A stretch of DNA of 40,213 bases. Origin: Dimorphilus gyrociliatus (lineage: Eukaryota; Animalia; Annelida). Below are positions 32,440-40,213 of the stretch, in pieces (the stretch's first letter is position 1; each line of letters starts with the position of its first letter). The position numbers were made by a program, and so were the translations under genes. Location: assembly GCA_904063045.1 (NCBI GenBank), contig CAJFCJ010000095.1:1-40213 (forward strand), in the 5' to 3' direction. The notes beneath the pieces were generated by a model, which was not told where the DNA came from, did not search any database, and saw only the letters and a program-made list of their open reading frames with translations.

Positions 32440-34715
32440 ATGACAAATCTTTTACGAATTAATAAATTAAATAAGAGAAACCTTGTTTCTATCCAACATT
32501 TGCTTAACCCTTACAAAGAACAGAAATGCTTATTTATAGGAGGAACTGGTGAGCGCAGATCTGGAAAATCACTTTTTCAATCTTGCCTCTTGACAAGCTT
32601 CAGATCAACTGAAGAACTTTCTCAAATATTTAAAACAGCAAAAGGAGATGATTCTGTAACCAAAGGTAAATAAATAGAATATAATCTATATTTTAATTGG
32701 TAAATTTATCGGTAAATTCAACATTCTATAAATTTGCTGTTGTTCAAAGGATTGCAAATATACCAAAAACCTATTAAAATGTAAGATATTAAAATTCAAA
32801 TTTGATATCTATATATTTCAAAATAAACATCTTAACAGATCACTCGATGGAGAAACTTACAACATTTTTATAATTGATTCGCAAGGTTTGGATTCATTGG
32901 AAGGATTAGGTCAGCATGATGAGTCTATTCTATGTTTTTTACTCTCATTCTGTGATTTAACACTGTATCACGTAAAAAAACACTTTCGAAGAAAGACATT
33001 CAAAAAATTCAAGTACGTTAAGTTTAATCTTTTAAAAATTTTTCCTATTCTTTTTTATAACCATTGATAAAATGTTTATTTTCCAGTATGTACTCACTTT
33101 TGGAAAACCATTTGAAAATTTGCCTAAAAAAAGCAACAGAGTAAGAAAATAGTTGTTACAAACTCAATAAATTGGTTGATAATATTTCTTACAGGGTTTG
33201 GTAGTTGTTGGTAGAGATAGGCCTACTGATCAATATGTATACGGTGAATTCTCACCAGAGTTTAAAGAAAAGGAAATCAAAGTACAGAGATTTATTGTTG
33301 TAAATATAAGATAAATTTGTAATTGATTCATTCTACAGATGATGGGTCCAATGCCATTAAACTTAGAAATGGAGTTTGTACCATTTCCGGAACCGAATGA
33401 CAAAATTAGAAATGGTGATAGTGCTCAAAGTATGTTCTTATTATACCCACAAAAATAAAATTGAAAAAATATAATTAAATTTTACAGCTTTAGGTGAAAG
33501 CTTTAACAAAGCCATGTCCACTTTTAAAAATCAGCTTTTAGAGTTTGTTAAACATTTTAAAGAAAATGCAGTATTAGGTGAAGAAGTGCCTAATCGCATT
33601 GAAAATATTTTTACAAAAATTAGCAATATCGAATCTATCAGTTGTCCAAAATCATTCCATGAATTGGCTACAAAATCGCTTTTTTCAAAAGTAAACTGAA
33701 CTCTTTGATTTCGGAGAAAACATCTATTTTTCAACCTTTTATTGAAGAAGATGATATGTGCAGATATTATCAGACAACAAGAAAACTTATTAATGTTATT
33801 ACAAAGTTCAATTTTAGAGATGAATTTAACAGGAAATCTCTAAACTCAAAGATGGATTTACACTATGAACAGATTCATGAGGAGAATCAAAGTAAATTGA
33901 ATGATTTCAAAACCATATGCAATTATTTGGAAGAATATAATAAGGAATTTATTAAATTAATTACAGATGATAAAGTTACTGATGAAAAATATTTCTTTAA
34001 ATGTCTAGAAAGATTTTTGGAGACAAATGAAAAACATTTCGAGTTGCTTGAATTATTAGAAAAAACACATTCGGAAGCTACGAAGAAATTTTTTATCTCT
34101 TGTGACAATTTAAAATTTGACAAAGATATAGAGGAAACAAAAAGTGTGAAATTTTCAGAAATTTGGTCACAGAGTAAACCAACAGATGAAAAAGAAGAAA
34201 GTAGTAAAAATGTCACAGTAGGACTGGCAGCAGCTGGTGGAGTAACAGTTGGGGCAGGTGCTGGAGCACTTGCTATTGCTGGCGGAACAGCAGCTGCCGA
34301 AATAACAGCAGGAGGAGGAGCAGTTCTTGCTGTAGAAGGTGCTGTAGTTGGAGGAACAGCAGTAGCTGCATCTGTATCCATTATAACTGGTGGTGTTGTT
34401 CTTGCAGTTGGAGCTGTCTTAGGAGTTGCAGCACTCGGTCATTATGCTTATACAAATCATTGTGCAGTAACAAAAAGTAAAGAGAAGATGAGAATTAAAT
34501 TAGAAAATGAAAGAAGTACAAGACTCAGTAGACTTGCATGTCTGCATGAGAAACAAAAACCACACAACTATTTGAAAAATATTTCTCTTACATGTGAATA
34601 TGTGGAATGTAGAAATTATTTAGATAGTATCAACTTTGGTGATATTTTAGAAGATGAAAATAATAGACAAGAGAATCTTATTTCTATATTTAAAACATTT
34701 ATTCAAAAGGTTTAA
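32440..34715 (+). CDS. Atlastin/GBP/RNF112-type (GB1/RHD3) large GTPase with a C-terminal Gly/Ala-rich hydrophobic segment
   Basis: Short exons give G1 GGTGERRSGKS, G2 SVTKGLQIY, G3 IIDSQGLDS, G4 VVVGRD and FVPFPEP, then a helical region and VGLAAAGGVTVGAGAGALA...GVAALG. Two 1-nt homopolymer frameshifts (about 32978 and 33685). Confidence 0.85.
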
Positions 34716-35271
34716 AGTAAAAAATATTTTTTCTATATTTAAATTAAAATTTTAATTTCTTTTTTTTTTTTTAACATTTTAGATTCCAAAGAAACAATCA
34801 AATTTATAAGTTTGACCCTAATGAGAATTATGAAATGGTTGGCACTTTTATTTAAAAATTTGACAATTTTTTGTTAAGGTATAAAAATGGGAAATAAACT
34901 AAAGGAAAATGTTTGGTAATTTGGGAACTTTTAACTACAAACTTGAATTAAATGTGTTTGGCATCGGAAATGCCATACGGTGGAGGAGAAGTCTACTAAT
35001 TTTCTCACAGCCAAACTTTTTTTTTTCACAATTTTAACTTTTTTTAAATTCATTTTCCAATAAATTTATTAGTGTTATTAATTGTAAATCATAATCATAC
35101 AACAATTGCAATCATTTAACCTTCATCTTAAGCTTCCTTTTCTGATTTATAGACTTGACCTTACATTCCTTCTGTGAATTGCAAATTGCTAAATTTGAAA
35201 TTAAAAAAAATAGTAGCCAGAAAGGAAGGGATGTACTAGTTCCTAATGGCTGTTCTTTTGTAATAAAATTT

Positions 35272-35480
35272 AAGGATGCAACAGAAAATGTCAACAAATT
35301 GGTGCTTCTACCCTAACCCCAACCCAGCCCTTAGCTGTACCTAACCTTTTCCTTTATCCCTAACCCTTGGAGGAGATCCTCCTAAGTACAAATCAGTTGC
35401 TGCTTTCTTCTGCCTAACCATTTCTCAATCAAAATTTTTGTCTTGAAATTTCTCATTTGTGGACGTTTTCTGTCAACCCC
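35272..35480 (+). mobile_element. MITE-like element with CCCTAA-rich core
   Basis: Imperfect TIRs ACAGAAAATGTC / GACGTTTTCTGT. The core aligns in inverted orientation with 35997-36147. Confidence 0.55.
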
Positions 35481-35492
35481 AAAATTTAAAAC

Positions 35493-35707
35493 TGTACTTT
35501 GTTGTGTTGCAATCGTAGGAATTTCATTCTTGTCCCAACCATTTTCATAAAAGAAGCTAAAAATGGAGTAATGGCTATTTTCCATGTACAAGAACAAGTA
35601 GTTGCACAATAAAATCTCAGATTAGCAACAGAGGTGAATGAGAAATTATAATGGAAAAGAATTAATTGCTCTCTGTGATACTGGTGCTCTTATGTCCTTC
35701 ATCACTG
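35493..35707. mobile_element. Scrambled retroelement relics: LTR 3' end (35493-about 35610, -) and protease fragment (35640-35707, +)
   Basis: gaaattcctacgattgcaacacaacaaagtaca matches the LTR end. RNYNGKELIALCDTGALMSFITE matches the copy B protease. Confidence 0.75.
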
Positions 35708-35989
35708 AGCAATATTCATTTGAGAATAATTAATACGAATCACAATGAAACCTATTTTGTTCATCTATCAAATTTTTATAGGATTTACTACATGTATACT
35801 TGTGTGTGATACAATAACTTTCAATTGCCATTAAAAGTAGGCTAAAAGATGAAAATGTGATTGAAAAAATGATTAAAAATCCCATTTGTAGGAAATAGAT
35901 TCTTTGACCGTAACAGATTATGCCGCTATGGAATTAACAAAGGAACGAAGAACATAGAAAAATGTATGTCAAAATTGTTACAAAGGAAG

Positions 35990-36183
35990 GGAATCGACAT
36001 GAGATTTTTGAAAGCAACATTTTGGATTGAAAAATGGTTATGAGGAGTAAAGTAGCTTTTGATTTATAGTTAGGAGGGTTCAATCTAAGAGTTAGGAGCA
36101 ATCAAAAAGGTTAAGGAGAGACAAGGGCTAGGTTAGGGTTAGGGTTAAACTGTGCAATTGGGGATGTTTTCTGTCATATCCCC
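35990..36183 (-). mobile_element. Second copy of the CCCTAA-core MITE-like element
   Basis: The reverse complement begins GGGGATATGACAGAAAACATCC and aligns with 35309-35456 over about 150 bp. Confidence 0.55.
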
Positions 36184-36301
36184 AAGGAAGATATCAGTAA
36201 TACAGCTTTTATAAGAGTATTGTGTCGTTGTTTATTTGATATAAACAAAAACAGTAAATAATAAAAAACATGAAAAGAACAGGAAAATAATTTGAAAAAA
36301 T

Positions 36302-37700
36302 TCATCTCTTTAAAATACTAACATTAAAATTTTGATTTAACTTTATAATTAATTGTTGAAGGTGTAATTTGCTTAAACCACAAGATTGAATATCAATGTA
36401 TTTAAGACTATTCATTGATTTGAATAATACATCACAAATATTTTCCAATCCATTGCCTATCATTTTATTTCCATTAAAATCAATAAATTCCAGTTGACAG
36501 CAATTTCGTAACAAAAATTTAATATTTTGAAATTCATCTCTATTTAGATTACACAATTGGAAATTAATGTTTTTTAAATGATTCGATGAATGATTGAGAC
36601 CACTACAAATATATTTTATTCCATTTCCAATCTGCCTATTCCCTTTGAAATTAACTATTTGTAGTTGAGAACAATCTTTTAATAGATTTCGTAAAATTTT
36701 ACATTGTACCAATTTTATGTTACAAAATTCAAAGTTTAAATGTTTTAAAGTATTTGATAAATTAGATAATTGTTGACAAATATATTTGAATTTCTTATAA
36801 ATCTTTCTATTACCTCCCAAAATTAATGTGTCAATTTGACAGCAATTCTTTAATAAATCACCTAAAAGTTGTAAATTTTCCTCACTCAAATTGCAATCTT
36901 TCAAATTTATAGATTTTAAATATTTTGATGAATAAAATAGGCTTTTTAAAATATATTTTAAATCCATTTTCATTGTTTTATTGCCACTTAGATTAATAGA
37001 CTCAATTGTTGAGTACTTTTCCAGCATATTCCCAATATTTATACAACTTTGTCGTTTTAAATTACAAGAATCTATATAAAAATTTTTATATTTTGATGAT
37101 GAATAAGATAATCCTTCAAAGATATTCACTAATCCATGATCCATATATGTATTTCCATTTAAATGAATTGTTTCTATGTTGGAAAATTTTTTCAACATTT
37201 TCCCAATTTGTCTACATTGAACTAGATTTAGATCACATGAATTAAAATTGATAGACTTCAAAGTGATGACAGAATGTAAAAGTCCTGTAAAGATATTTAC
37301 AATTCCATTTCTCATTCTATTATTCTTAATAAAATGGATTTCTTTTAATTTTAAACAATTTTTCAGCATATTTCCAATGTTTTGATGTTTTAGTATGTAA
37401 ATATAGATGTTTAGTATAATCATTCTCACCTTCAGAAAATTGATTCTTAAGTTCACAGTTCAAATGCATCATTTTGGAATTATCATCTAAATTTTTAAAG
37501 CATAAAATTACTTGACTATAAAATGCTCGAGTATCAATTTCATTCCTTGAATCTAAGCATCCATCAGATATTAATTCTTTATTATTTTTTAAATAGTCTT
37601 GTATAGACATTGTGTCTGTCTTGTTAAGGCAATTTGAGTGAGTTTATCAGGCAGTTTTTATCAGTTTTGTCAACATAGATATCAATACATATTAACAAAG
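36302..37700 (-). CDS. RNI-like LRR protein (NLR-type LRR region), frameshifted near its 5' part
   Basis: About 12 LRRs, e.g. LKSINFNSCDLNLVQCRQIGKMLKKFSNIETIHLNGN. ORFs 36302-37456 and 37326-37610 overlap in different frames. Confidence 0.8.
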
Positions 37701-37850
37701 TTTGGAGAAAGAGATGACTAATAGAAAAAGAAAGTAAGAGTAATGTTGAATCATTCTATTTTATTGATTGTGTTGTACATGCAATACTTTTTTATATAAG
37801 ATAATTTACAATTTATATTTTATATTATATTGAACTTAAAATTATTATAG

Positions 37851-38778
37851 GATTACACCAACATCACTTAGAATATACTGAGGAAAGCTTGTTTTACATG
37901 GGACCTGAACAAAACGTCCCCTAGACCAAAATACTTTACTATTTGAACAGTTGTTGTGCCAACATTTCTATGAAAGCGGTAAGATTTTTGCAAGAAAGGG
38001 AGAATCTGCACGAACTGCATCAGATTGGGAAATTGTAACTGTAGGAACACCTGATGCTAAGAATGATGGTTAGTCAATATTCTCTTAAAACTGTATTCTT
38101 AATAGTATCTTATAAATGAAAATTTTAAAGCTGTCACTGGTGATCCTCATTTTGTGCAAATGATTGTTGATCAAGAAACCAAAAACCCCTTGAAAATATG
38201 TTATGATGTGACTGGTAAATCTGGAGATGAAATATACATTTTAGGAGATAAATTTACAAAAACAAAAGTAACTGGTATTCTAATGAATGATTATTATATG
38301 CATTCATTTAAAGTTTATCAAGAGAATAGATTATACATTGTTAATACTGATGAAATTCAATTGGAAAATCATGAAAAAATAGTTTGGAAAAATTCTTTCC
38401 ATTACAAAGATGACAGTAATTCATTGGAAATGTTTATAAATAATGAAAATGTTTTCATTTCTATCAGAAATTAGAAATACAATAAACTTAGCATTGCAGT
38501 TAAGAAATCCAATAATCCTTTAATAAGCACATATTTGGATGTCAGCTTTGGCAATTTATCTAGTACAAGTGCCAGATATAGTGGTTTAATTGGATATATT
38601 GGAAAACAATCAAATTGCGTTTCTCAATTCAGCTCAAGATGATCAGTTTGGTGTTCTTAAACTTAATAATCAAACCACTTTTGTTGAACTACAAAAAAGA
38701 AATGATATTGAATGTTGGTTGGTTCAATACAAAAGTATAATAACTCCTAAACAACCTAAACATTTCATACTCAACTAA
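37851..38778 (+). pseudogene. Inter-alpha-trypsin-inhibitor heavy chain C-terminal-like fragment
   Basis: Intron 38070-38130 gives AVTGDPHFVQ...KICYDVTGKSG, later SGLIGYIG. There is an in-frame TAG at 38472-38474 and frameshifts at about 37920 and 38603. Confidence 0.55.
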
Positions 38779-39975
38779 CAATTTTATTTTACAAAAAAAA
38801 ATTTAAAGAAATATATATTAAATATCTTTTAATTAATTAATTAATTAATAATACACATTGAACTAAAGTGCACAAGAACAGTTTGCTCTTGTAGAAAACC
38901 CTGGACTGAATTCAATACTATTTAATTTGAACAACTACATTAGTCTTACTCTAACCACCTAAGAACATTAATTTAGAGGTTAGCTAAAGAGTATCAAAAG
39001 GTCAAACTGAACTATGTTTGACTTTTGGAACAGTTCCAATTTCTCACATTCAATGGTTGAATTGAATGTCACCAAAATTGTTACATCTTACAAAAGAAGA
39101 TGACCACCTAAATTTATCTGACCTAATTACTCAGGATGAAGGAAACTAATTAAAGGCAGAACCATTTTTAAAACTTTTAAGTGTGTTAAAATGTTAGTTT
39201 GCATTGTTGAAACTTTGAAAATGTGATGTGTTTAACTCTTAGGAAGTAAAGAAATCTTACAAATTTAACAGTTATTATCTTAATTTTCTATCCGCTTGTT
39301 TAGAGATAAAAGGTCAGAATATTCAATACAAACCTTATTTGGAAAATACTGGCTGTACTTTCCTGCTGAGGTTGTAGGTAAGTACTGATCCAAATAGAAC
39401 CAAATCAGAAGTAAGCCACTTAGAAAAGAGATGTAGAATTGAGGGAGGATCAATATAGAACCAAAATGTAAGAATAATATAACTGTATTCTAAAGTAATA
39501 CTGGACCTGTTCACAAAGGGAGTTGATTTAGGACTGAATGCCTGTTACTACCTACGCCCTGCTGTTATACAATTCCTTATCAGTTGTTTATGCCTTAGCT
39601 GTCAACAACAAGGGTCTAACACCAGATAAGGATTGTTCACAACAAACAGGGTCAAGGGTTATCATATTATGCAATAGTGATGTAAACAACAACAACTTTG
39701 TGTAGGCTACCCCACAAGGGTCAATTCTTACATCATACTTATGTAAATAAACACTTGTTGTTGTCAACATGTTTGGTACCATGTACCCTAGAGGTAACAT
39801 CTACTGCAACACTTCTACCATATAGTAAGTATCAATTTCTAAAATATCTATAAACTATAATTCATAAGTGTACAGACTTCTCCTCTCCTTAAAGCATCAT
39901 TCCACTGATGGTTCAACATTGGCAATAATAACTTGACCTTTCCTGCTGCTGACAACTCTCAAGGGTTGGCCTTCC

Positions 39976-40125
39976 TCAATGGATTTGATGTCATTTGTTA
40001 ATAAGCTTTCTTCTCTTGATACATCTTCCTGCATTCTTCTTCTGACAATGAATAAATATTAATTATTATTATTATTTATTGTCTCAAACAGATTCAAAAA
40101 AAACAAATGACATCAAATCCATTGA
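39976..40125. repeat. Perfect 24-bp inverted repeat with a 102-bp spacer
   Basis: TCAATGGATTTGATGTCATTTGTT (39976-39999) / AACAAATGACATCAAATCCATTGA (40102-40125). Confidence 0.85.
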
Positions 40126-40213
40126 AGAATAAAAAAAATATCAGTATATTTGTAGAAGCCCTACATAAAAGCAGAAATATTCTTTTGAAATAGACTTTTT
40201 TTGTATTTCTCCT

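Noticed and set aside
12703-34381. Antisense ORFs such as 12703-12975, 21620-21853, 22026-22418, 22621-22950, 23403-23675 and 33923-34381
   Set aside because: Shadow frames opposite well-supported coding regions or low-complexity repeats.
36120-36150. True telomere or chromosome-fusion site (TTAGGG units)
   Set aside because: Only two or three degenerate units, embedded in a small repeated element.
39588-39800. ORF 39588-39800 as a LINE RT or other known protein
   Set aside because: No convincing motif in any frame, and strand and exon structure in 39300-40050 could not be resolved.

Overview
AT-rich eukaryotic (metazoan) DNA with very short GT-AG introns (about 55-170 bp) and one assembly gap (20379-20987). 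The compact introns and gene families suggest a compact-genome lophotrochozoan such as the annelid Dimorphilus; this is inference only. Host genes form a receptor/immunity-like cluster: two tandem GRL101-like LDLa/LRR/7TM GPCR genes (minus strand, 1565-7882 and 8222-10896), three RNI-type LRR genes (1-645, 26734-28030, 36302-37700), an atlastin/GBP/RNF112-type GTPase (32440-34715), a DED-like relic and an ITIH-C-like fragment. Nested among them is a Ty3/Gypsy LTR retrotransposon family: an older copy A (10897-14640, +), a solo LTR with a perfect AATGG target-site duplication (14845-15797), a young copy B (20988-24500, -, cut by the gap) and LTR fragments. There is also a PHD-FLYWCH-MULE transposon and two decayed MULE relics. 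The most interesting signals are: (1) a tandem array of SUMO-interacting-motif-like acidic repeats between protease and RT; (2) a gag ORF that starts inside the LTR and reads through the tRNA-Ser PBS; (3) RNase H running into a DED-like domain where integrase should be; (4) a shared kinase-like C-terminal segment in both GPCRs; and (5) a PHD finger spliced onto a catalytically intact MULE transposase. Many frameshifts are 1-nt homopolymer deletions and may be long-read consensus errors rather than real pseudogenisation. All domain calls are by-eye motif recognition; no searches were run.
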